The position numbers and the translations under genes are program-made. The notes below the pieces were generated by a model. It saw nothing but the letters and a program-made list of their open reading frames with translations. It made no database searches and was not told the DNA's origin. A stretch of DNA of 64,000 nucleotides from Massalongia carnosa. Taxonomy: Eukaryota. The stretch covers positions 1,674,001 to 1,738,000 of the forward strand of contig OZ287068.1 in the NCBI GenBank assembly GCA_965645245.1, given 5' to 3'. Of this stretch, positions 38,204-52,199 are shown piece by piece (position 1 is the stretch's first letter; each line of letters begins with the position of its first letter).

Positions 38204-40246
38204 ATGGCCACAATTAACTCCTCAGATCCTACACACAGTACTTCTTCGGGTAAATACACTGCTTATCATTATACACACTTCAATGCCATTGTTACCCTCC
38301 TCTTAGAATGTTATCATGCCAATGCTGACAGGAATACCTGGATTTAGGGCTAAAAAGCAAGAAGTTCAAGAAAAAGAAGGGGGGAGGCAAGAACAAGCCC
38401 AACGGAGACATTGAGATACCTAGCGATGTCAAAACCGACGAGGGAAACGAAAATGATGAGAATGAGGTCGAGGAGACAAATTCAAAATCCGAGACAGAAA
38501 CAGCACAGCCTTTTGAAAAGATTGAGCCTTCTATAGACAGCCTGAAGGTTAACGAAGCTAAGCTTCCTACAAATGGCACTTCCGGACCTGTGAAAATTTC
38601 AACATCACCCCAAGCAGCTGCAGATGCTTCAATAGAGGCAAATAATGCTACAAGTAATGAAGGCCGAACCCCACACTTGCTTAATCCGTCATCACCTACT
38701 CAGCAATTTCAGACCAATAGTTTACCATCGTCGGAGATTGATACGGACACCCGGCTAGATACATTAGCAAGAGAGCGCAATGCTCTCAGGGAAGAAGTTG
38801 CTCAGTTACGGAGGTCTTTGGAGGAGATTCAAGAGAAGCATGAAGAAGATATGATGAGTCACCGTGAGCAGCTGGAGTCAACACGGGGGGAGAAAGAGCA
38901 TGCTGAGACTCAGTACCGTAATTTACTCGGAAAGGTTAATACAATCAGGTCACAGCTGGGAGACCGCTTGAAAGCGGATGCAGTATGTTCTCGCTTGCTC
39001 TCATGTGACTAGGAAGCTTATATAAGGACAGGAAGACTTGTCACAAGCGAGGACTCGAATTGCGGACCTAGAAGAGCAATGTGTAGTTCTACGACAGCAA
39101 AACGACGCTCGTGCTACTGAGTTGGCTACAATAGCGGAAGAGAGCGACCAGCGGTCCAAGGAATTATCTACTCTCCGTAACCGGACTACTTTGTCCCAGC
39201 AGAATTGGTCCAAGGAGAGGGAAGATCTGCTTCAGCGCGAGGCGTTGGCAAAAGAAGACTTTGAGGCTGCCAAACAAGCGATGCAAGACTGGGAGGTTCT
39301 TGCAATGGAAGAACGCGCAATTCGAGAAAGCATTACCGAAAAGGTCGCTGATTTGGAGGAGCAACTGTCAAGTCAACGGGAGGCTTACGAGAAAGCTGCC
39401 TCGGAACGAGACACTCAAGCCTTGACAGTCGATGGACTTCAGAGGGCTTTACAAGATATACAGGATGGTTGGTTTCAGGGTCGATCTTTTAACCGTGTAT
39501 TGCTGATACGTGGGTAATAGCACGGAGACGTGAATTACGAGAAATTGTTGAGAACTCTCAAACCCAGGTTGAGAGTCTTCGGAAGCAGTTACAAGACGCT
39601 GAGCTTCAAGCTACCGAAGCCACGAACTTCCTTGGGTCAACAAAGAGAGAGCTTGATCGAGTTCTGCCTTACGAGAAAGAAGTGAAAGAAAAGAATCTGC
39701 TTATTGGCAAGCTTCGCCATGAAGCGGTCATCTTAAACGATCATCTTACCAAGGCGTTGCGATATCTAAAAAAGCGCAAACCGGAAGAGAGCATCGATAA
39801 GTAAGGACGAACCCTTTCATGTGCAATCAAATGCTAAGAGGTACTAGGGAACTTGTTACAAATCATTTTATTCATTTCCTGGCTTTAGAAAGATCTGATC
39901 CGAAGAAATTCCAAGTGCTGCAAATAATCGCAGCACTTCTTGCGTGGACTGATGGTAATATGATAAAGTTAGCATAATACTCCAGTAGTGCTAACTTGCT
40001 TTAGAACAACGAGAACAGGCCGGTCTCGCACGACCCGGTGCGTCGAATCCGAATCTTAGAGTACCATTGTCGCCATGGCATCGGACACCCAGCACGCCGG
40101 CGCTGTCAACTGAATTCTTTCCGGAAGGGGGCACGAGAAAGGAGTCACTCGCCGAACTTTGGTCTGATTTTCTCGAGCAGGAGGCTCAGGAGGGGATCAA
40201 ATCTCCCAAATCGTCCAGCGCTTCGAGTTCTTACAAACCATCTTGA
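38204..40246 (+). CDS. RUD3: Golgin with C-terminal GRAB/GRIP-like domain (Rud3/GMAP210-like), multi-exon
   Basis: Coiled coil, QYRNLLGKVNTIRSQLG, KEKNLLIGKLRHEAVILNDHLTKAL, KKFQVLQIIAALL, SLAELWSDFLE. Confidence 0.85.
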
Positions 40247-40745
40247 TACAGTACTATACCCTTTGCATTCAAGCCACATTTTCATAAACAAAACAACAGA
40301 TATCAAGTTCTGGCGGTAGCTGAGCATTCATCGGCATTCTTCAGCGGCAAGGCGTCCATTAGATATAAATCATTGTAACCTTTTTTCCCCAGTTCCGACG
40401 GAACCGCTTTCGTGTGCTTTGAATATAGCCACTTTAGATTTACGAACCAATGACCCAACCTGATGATCCAAAACCTGCAGCTTGTGGAACATACATACCC
40501 CTCGAAAGAAAAAAAGGGGGGTAGGTAGATGTAGAATCCTTACCACCAGCCTTTTTCCAAACCCTTCCACCATCATTAGCATAGCATACCTATGTAAATA
40601 TATACCTCCCCTAGATACATCCAGCCTTCTCGGCGACACGCGCATGCGAAACTCCCTCGTCCACATCCTCCGGCCAAAACCCGCTTGTTTCCAATTGTTC
40701 CCTTCTCGACCGAGGTATAGCTCATTGTTGTCGTCATTCTCAATC

Positions 40746-41837
40746 ATGGCTCCGACAGGTATCCCTCCGGAGTTTCCTTGTACCTTCAAACCTCCCCCAC
40801 TTTCCCTCCTCCACCCTTACCTACCCACCCAACTACTCTACACACACACACACGCACACACACACACACACACACACTCACGCACACAACCCCCTCCCCC
40901 CTCTCCCTTCTTCCTAATCACGTTCAGCAGTAGCAGTAGCAACGCCCACCCACCGCCCAATCGTCATCTCCGGCCCCTCAGGCTCCGGGAAATCTACCAT
41001 CCTCAAACGGCTATTCGCCGCGTATCCCTCCACCTTTGGGTTTTCCGTTTCTCGTTCGTTTCCACCCTTCTCCTCATTTCTGTCTTCCCACCCCCATCTT
41101 CACCTCCCCCTCCTACAACGAACGACCAAACAAACGAGCCAACCAACCAACCAATCCTTTCCACTACTAAACTCAAAAAACAGACACAACCCGCTCCCCA
41201 CGCCCCGGCGAGCTTGACGGCCGCGAATACAACTTCATAACCACGGAAGCGTTCCTGCAGCTCGTCGACGCGGGCGGCTTCATCGAGCATGCGCGCTTTG
41301 GCGGCAATTACTACGGCACGAGCGTCCAGGCCGTAAGGGACGTGGCGGAGAAGGGCAGGATTTGCGTGCTGGATATTGAGATGGAGGTGCGGCTCGTTTT
41401 TCTTTTTTGGGGAAGGGGGGTTTCTCGGCGGAGGCCAGGGATAAATGATTGATCATTTTGTTTGGGGGAGGGGGGTTTATAACAGTTATTATTGGAGCTC
41501 CAGAGAGGGGGGGGGGGAAGGTTCAACAAGAAAAAAGAAAGATAGAGAGCTAACAGTTCTGACATTTTAGGGGGTCAAGCAAGTCAAGACTACGGATCTG
41601 AACGCGCGGATTCTGCTGCTCTCGCCGCCTTCGCTGCAGGTGCTGGAGGAGAGGCTGAGGGGCCGAGGCACCGAGAACGAGGACAGTCTACAGAAACGGC
41701 TGAAGCAGGCGGAGGTGGAGATGGCGTTTGCCAAGGAGGCGGGAGAGAAGGTAGTGCTGAACGACGATCTGGACAGAGCGTATCGGGAAGTAGAGGAGTG
41801 GGTGGTGGATGGGGAGAAATTTGGGGATCGGGATTAA
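40746..41837 (+). CDS. GUK1: Guanylate kinase, 4 exons (possible upstream in-frame start at 40644)
   Basis: [64 protein letters not shown]. Confidence 0.93.
40839..40888. repeat. (CA)n microsatellite in GUK1 intron 1
   Basis: cacacacacacacacgcacacacacacacacacacacactcacgcacaca. Confidence 0.85.
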
Positions 41838-42126
41838 GGGGGAGAGCAATTGGCATGTTGATACGGATGGCTGATTACCTGGCACTTAGAAGGGAGCGCC
41901 TGGCGTTGCATGTAGAGGTTGAGTAGAAAACTGGGTAATAATTGGGAACTCTAGCGCTCTCAACATCAACACGCTCAGTACGACTTGATTCGGCCACAAC
42001 TTGGGCAGGTCATCCTCTGCCACCAGCATTAAGCCGTAGGAGCAGCTGATTCAGACACGCTGTAATTTTAGCCATCGCTCTCCCGGGCAACAGTTAACAG
42101 CGCTTTTGGAAAAGCTCGCCAACGAC

Positions 42127-43363
42127 CTACTCCCTGTATCCATTCATTGTCATCCTTTGCGAGCTCCGACTTAGCTCCCTCTCCGCTGATGGGCTTATGG
42201 GCCTGCTGCCGGAATGTGCACTATTTTCCTTCAAAGCCAGCAGCTGCTTCGCACGGAAGGTTTCATAATGAATCTGGGACGTGGTTTCGATGAGATCCTG
42301 GAGATGAGTCCGAGTGAGGAAGTTGCGGAGAGAGACGAATTCGCAGTGGTTTTCGTCCTCAACGTTGATCACACCCCATCGGTTTTGGCGGCCTCGAACA
42401 GATCGCCCTCCGACGACAATCGAGTTCTCGGATCCGACCACCGCAAAAGGGATGAGGTCCTTGATGTTGGTATTAGTAGCGCGCTCCTCCTCGTCTTGCT
42501 CATCATTATCATAGGGGTACATTCGTAGGTTGTGGAAAGCAAATTCCTCCTTGATTCGTTCTTTGAATGCCATGCGCTCTTCAAGCGTCAAGGAATCCGA
42601 TTTCGCAATAACAGGAACAACGTTAACAACGTCCGACAGCTTCTTAAGCACGACAATGTCAATGGGTTTGAGGCTGCTATAGTTAGCAGCCTTCAAGCGC
42701 AATTGTCATGGGCTTGTTACTCACGCATGACCGGAGGGTTGAATGAAGAAAAGACAGCAGTGAACCCTGGTATCCTGAATATAACGCTCACGTTGCGCTG
42801 TAAGCTCTTTCCTCAAGTAGGCAGAATGCTGGTCTTTAATGTATTTCACGATAGGATCCCAGCTGTAGCCAGTCAACTAACATGCTCCCACAGTGTTATC
42901 TCGCACTTACCATCTATCATTATTGACCTGGTCGCCGTAGCCTGGGGTGTCCACAATATTTAGTCGCAAACGAACTCCATTCTCCTCGATGACTACGCTC
43001 TCAATCAGTCAGGGATCCAGAATCGAAAGCTCTTGCAGCAAATACCATGTGATACTGCTTGAATTTCCGTTGTGGATCGTACGGGATCTGAAGGAGTCAG
43101 ACGACCTTTGGAGTCGATGAGGTGGGAGGCGAAGATGGTGTTGATCAAGGTGGATTTCCCCAAGCCGGTCTGACCTAGAACGACGTCTAGCAGGGAAGCA
43201 TAAAAGTTAGAATTCTTTTAAGCCTACCAACACAGATGATGTTGAATTGAAAGCCGCGCTTCAGTAACTTTCGCTCAATTTGGTTTGTGATGCTATCAAA
43301 GCCGACATGGCTTTTGGGCATAACCGGACTAGATTGACTAGACATGACGTTGGCCGAGGCCAT
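42127..43363 (-). CDS. CDC10: Septin Cdc10/AspD, multi-exon
   Basis: [57 protein letters not shown]. Confidence 0.94.
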
Positions 43364-43684
43364 TTTTGAGTACAGATAGATTGATAGCTCTACGATGCTC
43401 TGACTGGTTTTATGGACCTTAGCCGTTAGAACGATTGTACTGTGAATGTTGTGAAAAAGAACCAGGACCAGGGGGGAAAGTGACAATGTCTTCTAGGTAT
43501 TGTAAAGGGGTCTCGCTAGCGCCTTCGCTGTATTTGGAAACGGAGCTAGTTGGTTCATGTTTACTGTTTGTACGGGCCTCTTTAGGCTTAAGCTACCTTG
43601 AGCTTTGAAGAAGACTACGCTGTACAAAGTAGCTTCAATCCAATCGGCCGTTCAGTTCAACTTTCAACCATAACATTTCCTCCT

Positions 43685-44164
43685 ATGGCCTTACGCCAGG
43701 CTTTCTTATCCCCTTCTGCGGTCTTCTTACCGTGGGCGAGTTTCATCCAACCCACCTTTCGCTCAAGAACAACCTGGACTGTCCCTCGACAGCTCGCCAC
43801 GACGATCCTCTTTCAATTTCCAGCTGCGATCCCAACAGGTTTCACTCTCAATGTTCCATCCATTCTCTCTGGCTTATGGGAATCAATATTGCGCGCTGTT
43901 CCAAAGAAGAAAACCTCCCACAGAAAAAAGCGTCAAAGGTTCATGGCAGGAAAAGCGTTGAAGGATGTCACAAATCTTAACAAATGCTCAGCTTGTGGCA
44001 ATGTGAAGAGAGCGCATCTGTTGTGTCCATATTGTGTGAAGGGTAAACCTTACTATCATTTTCATAGATCAGCTAAAACGGATACTGACTTTTAATCAGA
44101 GATTCAGAATATGTGGAAAGGAAAGTCTTCGCCAGCAGAAGATAATATCAACGCTGCAAAGTAG
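43685..44164 (+). CDS. MRPL32: Mitochondrial ribosomal protein bL32m
   Basis: Presequence, then [15 protein letters not shown] and CSACG...HLLCPYC; one intron after 44042. Confidence 0.92.
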
Positions 44165-44580
44165 GCAGTTGAGTTCGAATGGAACCTGTATAGCACACAG
44201 TGAATTCAAGCATTAGACCGGCGTTTGGCATGTTGGAAAGGGCCGCAGCCCTTGCTTGTAGTATTTAAAGAGCGCCTGAATGGCAAGCTCTAAGAAGGCG
44301 ATTATATTTAGGTTACAGGAAAGCAAATAGGTGAAAAGAGAAGGAAATCCAATTTTTCGCCTGAGCTTGTTAAAGTGTTCCTTCAAGCAATGTTTCAGAT
44401 TTCTACACCTGCGTTTATTCTCTTTAAAACAATGCGCTTCCACCAATCCGAACGGTAGATCCTGAACTCCTCTATTTGAGCTTACTTGCAGTGAAACAAT
44501 CCCCAAATGTAAAGTAAATTTTCTATGGCTGATAGTCCGGAGCACTTCATCTAAAGCGCAGGCTTGCAAGCAGAAACATT

Positions 44581-45819
44581 ATGGTGCGCTTTGAACAGCG
44601 CCTGTCATAATTTGAAAATAACTCTAAAGTAGTCAAAACAATACTTGACCTCCCATACAATCGAAAATGGTATGGCTCTACACTATACCAAAAAAATAAC
44701 AATGCTAATCCAGTGTAGCTCATATTACGGACATCTTCTCTCTAGCAGTCACCCCGACGCAATTGATCTCTGCATCAGGCTCATCCTCTCTCAAAATTTA
44801 CTCAACTACCCAGCCCGAATTTCCTCTTGTTCAGACCCTCGAGAAAGTTCATAGACTTGGATGTCATCACTTAGCAACAAGCAGAGACGGAAAAGTAGCT
44901 GCCAGCGTCGGTTTCGGAGGGGAACTTATAGTGTGGTCTTTGAATGAAGGGCTATGGGTGGAGAAAGGCCAGATAACAGGTCTAGCTATTTTGCTTTCAC
45001 CCTAATTCAGACTCATTCGGGAATTCTAACTTTGATTAGATGGTAACAGCGCCGGGGAAGTTTGGGCAATTTCCCTCTCGGAAGATGGACAGTACCTTGC
45101 AAGTACTTCCATAACCGGACGCATTAATGTCTGGGACAACCTGGCAGACGGCACCAAAATACGCGAATTTGAAACCAAGGGGAGTTTCGGCATGTCAATA
45201 GACCTGGTATGACCAATTATCGCGGACTCTCAGCTTTCACTAACTGAGCGTGGTCCCGGGATGGGAGATTTACAGCCTCAGGGCATGAGAATGGTGGCAT
45301 CTATATCTTCAACAATGACACAGGCCGTCTTTTCCATTCCATACAAGGTCAGGAGAGGCTATGCATCCTCAATATATGATAAATAATTTCCCTAGGTCTA
45401 ATCAGCCCTGTTCGAGCTGTCTCCTTTTCCACGGGCGGTAAACTTCTTGCAGCGGCTGGCGACTCTATGATCGTGGCACTGTATGATGCTTTCTCTGGCG
45501 AACAGGTAGCAAACCTTGTCGGCCATAGGGGTTGGATATTTTCTCTAGACTGGAGTCACACAGGGGAGTATCTCCTTAGCGGGTAGGTTTAGTATATTCA
45601 ATACATATGTGAAATAAGCTGAGCATATCTAATAGGGCTTATGATGGTAAAGCCAAGGTATGGTCGATTGATCAGCGAACATGTGTGGCTACACACACCG
45701 AGGCAGATAAGACTCTATGGAGCGTCAAATGGCTGCCTAAAACAGGGAGGAATGAAGGCTTTGTTACAGCAGGGGCAAGTCGAAATATCTCGTTTTATAG
45801 GGAAGCTATAGGGGGGTGA
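44581..45819 (+). CDS. SKI8: WD40 protein Ski8/Rec14, multi-exon
   Basis: M|SKQYLTSHTIEN, HRLGCHH, FETKGSFGMSIDL, ASGHENG, LLAAAGDS, GHRGWIFSLDWS, KVWSID. Confidence 0.85.
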
Positions 45820-46726
45820 TGGTGTATCGCCCAACATGATGGACAACTGGAGAATAATTTGCTGTTGCTGGAAAAGAGCATATTGACAAGATTCCACATG
45901 TCCGGCAATTCGCTTTTGCTGTTTCTCTTCTAATCTCCTGGTCTCTAAGCAATCCAAAGGGGATCTATCCGCACTTGTCGCGCAATACACGAGTATTGAG
46001 ATGATCTTCTTGGCATGCTATTCAGGCTAGGAATTTTTTAGTGCTTTATCACGTCTGGAGCTCAGCAGACGAAGCATTCGGCTTTTGATTGATTGAGGTT
46101 GTCTAATTTGCAACGCCCTTAACGCGTCTTTCATAAACCTGGAGAAACATGAACACTGTGTGGTTTAATGACATAGGCAAAACCATGTATGCATCTGACC
46201 CTTTGCCAACCACAAGAGGGAGTAAATCTACCAGCATAAGAGATCTGCCACGGGAATGAAAGCAATAATGTATGAATATTGTTAGGGAAGCGTACAGTTT
46301 TGCTATCATAAGGGTTACTGATAAGCTAGATATATTCAGACCTAGATCCAAGACTATACTAACCGGTATACTCTTATGCACTCCCTTTTTCCCTAGGCCC
46401 TATTTGTCAAGCATATCAAGCCCACTGCTAATAATTGGCCGACAACGTGGTTGGTAATTTTGTCAAACAGTTCATCGTTCTGCACGAATGAGGTTGTCAA
46501 GACAAATTTTTCAATTTGAAGACATGCCAAGCCGGATCGGAATAAAAGTTATTTTTGTCCTAATATTGTCCGGGCAGGACCTAACGTCGAATATAAACAA
46601 ACAAATCAAGGAAAGATGCTCCATGTTGATGCTTGTACTGTCAACCCAGTAACTCCTACAGACACTGAAGGTGCTGGAGAGGATGACAAATAAAAAGTGA
46701 TCTAGGGGTTTTCTTTCCACTGCATC

Positions 46727-48736
46727 ATGGTCGCCATAATTCGTACACGCCTCTATCGGGAGATTCTCACTCCAGCGCTTCATAGGAGATTCACCAGAGC
46801 TGCAGCAATAACTTTCGTTATATGCTATGCTGCTGCCGTGGCAATCGGTGAAAAGTCTAGCTGTATGCTAATTGACCCTTGACAAAGCCCATCGCTGACC
46901 AAAACGTTTGCCAGGGTTATGGTGGATTCCTGGAGGGCGAACCGGCGTCAGAACCCTTTTGCTTTACATCTCATCCCTCTCCGTCTTTGTCCTCCGCGTG
47001 GCACAGCTACATCTAGATGCGAGAGTCACGTGCTCGCCTTTTGAGACCTTCAGGAAATTTCTTCTTCGATTCAACACCGTCCAAACCTTTTCTTGGTACC
47101 TTTTATCAGCATGGTGTTTCAGCGAGATCTATTTCTGGTCAGCTTCAGAGAAGGCGAATCTAGGCTGGATAGCAGTGGGCAAGTAAGAGCATGATTTGCT
47201 GCTATTCTCTGCCGTGGCTAACGGAGCCTCCAGGCCGTGGGAGAGGATGCGACTCAATGAACGGCGCATATACCTTCAGAGCATCTTCTTAATGTTAGCC
47301 CTTGTTCAAACTCTCCTTCACCTGTGTTATGATTACGACAGAGTTTTCCTGCCAGCAGCATGCCGAAAAGCCGAAGCCGATCTCAATGACCGCCCACACA
47401 TCGCAGCCGCCCCTATTCCGCAGTTGAGAGCCGCTGCACCTTTTATTATACAACGCGTAGTGTTACGTTCTATTCTTATTGCCATCTCAGGCCCTCTTAT
47501 CTATCCAGCGTTTTTCCGGCATATGGCCTGGAAGTGGTCCTTGGCGTTGGCTAGGACGGTTTGGGATATGCCGGGAACCGCTGAGTTGTCGTACATGCCA
47601 CCTTATGATATATCACTCATATCGCGATCATTGGGTTCCGCCTTTTTGCTCATTTTGTTATGGGAAACCTCAAACGAAATATTCAGCGCATTTGTAGCAC
47701 AAGAGCCGCAAAAGAACGGCTCGCCATTAACAGATGAGTCCAGGGATGCTAATGGTACTTTATTGAATGGACTAAAGGCAAGGAAGGAAGTGGTAAAGGT
47801 AATTGCAAGTTTACGATCATGATGCACATCTAAATTTTTTCATAGACATTTGCGCTTTGGGAACTCGTATACATCAGTCAGCGCTTTGAAAAAAGACGGC
47901 AATCAATCCTTGCAGATATAGATCGCCCTGCCGGACCCGCCTGGAGCCAAATCTTGTCCGTCTGCATAGGCACCATACAGGGCATTACTGATCGTATCGC
48001 CGAGTTCCGGAACCCTGCATCGAAACCTTCGCCGCAACTCCAGCCTCTCCCTCGCCTATCGGCCCCGCTGAAGCAGGGCCAAGTACTCAGCAATCCAATT
48101 CCACCCACCACCCGCCGTGGGAAAATAACATCAAATTTCGGTGCTGTTGCGAAATCCTACGGGGAATCCCCTTCGTCTGGCCCGCTCGTCTCCCCTCGGG
48201 CGAAAGGCTACCTTGACGCTGCACGCAACAAACTCCTTACGCCAAACCAACAACAAGCGCTCAACCCTAGCGGTATCAAGAATATATTTACAGAATATGT
48301 AATGCGTTTTCTCCGCTCCCCTCTTGGCTCGCCGTTTCGGCAGACCTTCCAGCGCCGCGTTCGCTCTATTGTGTTTGGATCTCCCAGTAGTCAATTTGGA
48401 CAAATCGTTGACGCCATCGATGCTCTAAGTTGCCTAGCCATTGCGAGCTTGAAGGAGGACATGTACGGAAAGGTGTCCAAAGATGTGCCGTTGCTGATCC
48501 GGACGTATGCGAACACGATTACAACCCTAGAGGCATTCATGGACGGTATGCCCGTGCATTGGACGGACATTGGATTCCAAGACCGGACCGTGGAGGAGGT
48601 GCAGGTAGTGTTGGAGTGTTTGCAGAGGGGATTGAAAGAGATGGTCAAGGGGTTCGGTGAGTATGCGGGGGAGTTGGGGATATCGGAAGAGGAGTTGAGA
48701 ACAGCGCGGTCGCTTGCGGGGATAGAAGAGGAGTGA
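46727..48736 (+). CDS. NDC1: Nucleoporin Ndc1, multi-exon
   Basis: YREILTPALHRRF, RLNERRIY, PLTDESRDANGTLLNGLK, SLKEDMYGKVSKDVP; N-terminal TM segments. Confidence 0.88.
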
Positions 48737-51700
48737 TGGCGATGGTGACGGTAAGTGTAGGTTAAAGAGACATATACCCCCAAAACGGCATAAATAGTAG
48801 TTGATTCTTTGATATCACAACGGCCTATTTCTGATTGAAGCTTCATCTACTGGTTTGTTTCTATTACTAAGTTCAGATCAATCCACAGGTATATCTTATG
48901 AGAATATCCGACGAGCCCCCTTTCCTCTCCTCTCCTCTCCTCTTCTCTTCTCTCTTTCTCCACCGCTCCTGAAACCACATTTCCTAAAAGCAAACCCGCC
49001 TAACCAACCTTGAACTCTCCATCCACATCACCCTACTCACTCACCGTCTGACCTTCTCTTCGCCGCTAATCCACAGGAGTGAAACATAAACTGTTCTTAC
49101 TTGCCCTGTTTTAGTGAGAATCAATCCGGCTTATGTATAATATCATATCATGTCAAACCCTCTTTTCATCCAATCTTCCCGTGTCGTTCCTCCTTCTCAT
49201 TTACCTCTCACCCAACCCCCCCCTTCCTACCAAAAAGCAAACCTAGAAAAGGAAAACCCCTCAAACAAGATAGCGAGCTTCTTTACTCTAACGCAAGATA
49301 TTGTGTATGTGTTTAGTCTCCCTGTCCACATGTCTAGCCTATATATGTTTGCGATGAGGCAACTAATGAAAGGGGGGAGAGGGGGACCGAGGGGGATAAA
49401 AGAGAGAAAGGGGAAGGAGAGGAAAGAAAGCAAGAGCGGATTGAAACGAACTTGGATTTGGTCGATTGGGCTTGTCGATTGGACTTGATCGACTTAATCG
49501 ACTCGACTGGACTGACTGATCGAGTGACTAAGGTGAAGAGAGGAAGAGCGATTGGTAGACATGTGTTTAAATGAGGGTTAATAGAATAAATAGCATGGGG
49601 GGTGGAAAATCCAAAAATAAATAAATGGTAAGGCATAAATAAGTATAGGTATTTATTTGACCAGATTAACGAAAAATCATTAAAATCAACTCAATCAACT
49701 CTCTTAAATCCCATAACGAGGATCCATTATCATCGCTATCGTCATTCCCATTCCCATTCTCGTTTTCATTTCTTATTTTCTCTTCTTCCTCTAAGAGATC
49801 CGTTCAGATAAGTCGAAAATCGATTGAGGAAAAGAAGAGATTTGGGATTTGGAACCCGGAATGGGGAATCGGAACAGAGAGAAGGATAAACAAGAAAGGA
49901 GGAGATGAAGAAAAGGAAAGATAAATAATAATTAAAAAAATTCAATTCTTTTTAAATGTTGAATATCCAATTCCTACCAGCACAATGAACACCTATCAGT
50001 ACAATGAACATAGCACCTACGGCTGCCCTAGATGGACAGATCATCTACGGAAACCGTAGATGCCGCAGTCCCAAGATAAGATAAGATCACCTCGCTTAGA
50101 AGGGGGTGACCAGTAATAGGAAAAGATTGCTGCCTAGCAACTCTTCATCCTTACCTTTATTATTACATAGCCATATAGCCATAGTCATATATACCTATTT
50201 CAACATTAAACGTCTCACTCACGTATTCAAATCCTTATTTCTTCAATTTCTTCCTCTCAAACTTCTAATCCCCATTCCCAATCTCATCTATCCTCATTCT
50301 CAATCACCTCATCATTCCTCACTCCTCAATTATCTCTCTCACCCAAAAGCCTCGCTACTGAAAGACGAGAGACGAAACGAAAAAAAAAACCCCACGATCG
50401 AAGGAACGAGAGAGCTAGAAAAAAAAAGAGAATGGTCATATGCTCACGCGAAAGGAGAAGGGAGGGGAAAGAGATGTTGGAAAGATGAGAGAGATGAAAA
50501 GAGGAAAATTGCGATTTTCATTTTCAGTGTCTCGAGTTGATTTTAGGAGGATAGAAATGCGAAAAGGTGAGGACAGTGAAAACGATAATAATAAATAAAA
50601 AATGAAAAAATGAAAGAATAGAGAAAAACGATAATTAAATCGAAAGAATCATCTGCTTAGAATTTCAATTCAATCGTGGCTTAAATTAACTAATTCTCTT
50701 CTTTTCCTTCTTCCTCTCCTTCCTTCCCCTCCCCTCCCCTCCTACATAATCAAGGAAACATGACCAGAAAACAAAACAAGAACGAACATTATGAAAGAAG
50801 ACATGAAAGAAAATCATGTCAAGTCTTTGTCGTCTTTTTGCTTTCCACGTTCATTCAATTGCTCACCTTCCCACCTTCCTGTCTCCCTCTCTCCTCTCTC
50901 CTCCCTTCCCATCCCCTCTTATACAATCAAGAGAACACAGGGGGGAAATAAAAACAAAGACAAGAACAGAAACAAGCACAAACATCATAAAAGAAACCAT
51001 GAAAGGAATCATCTGTCTCGCTCTCGCTCACCCATCTATCTGCCTGCCTGCCTGCCTGCCTGCCTCATCCACCACCCAAGTCCCCTTTCCTTCATATCTT
51101 GTCTATCAATCCATCTATCCATCTACCTGTATGCCTACCTGTCCGCCCCCTCCCCCCCCCCAACATCCCATCCGTGATCCAATGCGTATATATGTATATA
51201 GGGAGAGGAGGCGGCTTTATAGACATTTTATACAGCAACAGACAATGTGTATACAAAGTACACAAGTACGCAATCAACAAACCAACCAAATCAACAATTT
51301 CTCAATCCCTTCCTTCCCCAACAACCATCATCAATCATCCAACATCTCGTATATTCCCCACCCCCTCCCCCCTTCCACCAACCCCCCAATTCCCATCACC
51401 CTCCATCAATAAAACAGAAATCACAACAATCGATCGATAGATTGATATATAGGAGGAAAGATATACAAAGTACATGAATAAGCAAACCAGTCGGGAGAGA
51501 GTTATCAAGGAAAATTGGTCGAGGATGTTATGGCAGGGATTGCCACCATCAATGAGATTCACTCAATATATTTCCATCTCCATTTGCATTTCCCCAGCCG
51601 CAGAAGACGTTCCTGCCTACACTGCTACACTACGCCGAGTACGAACACGAGCACGATCACTGGTTACCCGTCTTGCTCTGATAAGAACAACAATAACAAA

Positions 51701-52199
51701 AAAAACAAAAAACGGGGGTTGACCCAGAAAATCCATCAAGGGGGGGGGTTCAAACATACCTCCTACCCCCCCCCATTGCCTCCGTCCTGAGTTTCAAAGT
51801 GGTCAGGGATAAAGAGAAAAGGGATCTAGTAAGACGAGACGAGATATGACAAGATAAAAGGAGAGAGGACATAACCGTCGTAAGCGGCTGAACTGAACTG
51901 ACTACCATAGGTACGGTACAGTACGGTGCAGTGCAGTCTGCTGGACAAAAGGTCCGCCCCTCGGGCCGAGGGCGGCACGGTACAAGAAGTCATTCATACC
52001 CTGCGAACCCCAGAGAACATTTCTAGCTCACGGGAAGAGCGAGAGAAAACGGCCAGAAGTACACAAGGGTTCCATGTATCTCACGCCTGGAAGAAAAAGA
52101 AGAAAAAAATAAGTAGAAGAAGAGAGAGGGTGGAGAAAAAGAAGATCAACCGTGATCGAAGAATACTTTCATTCCTATGAAAGCGTCCTGTGCGTTTGT

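Noticed and set aside
49101..51790. Multiple 70-200-codon ORFs
   Set aside because: Products of low-complexity purine/pyrimidine tracts with no protein-like motifs.
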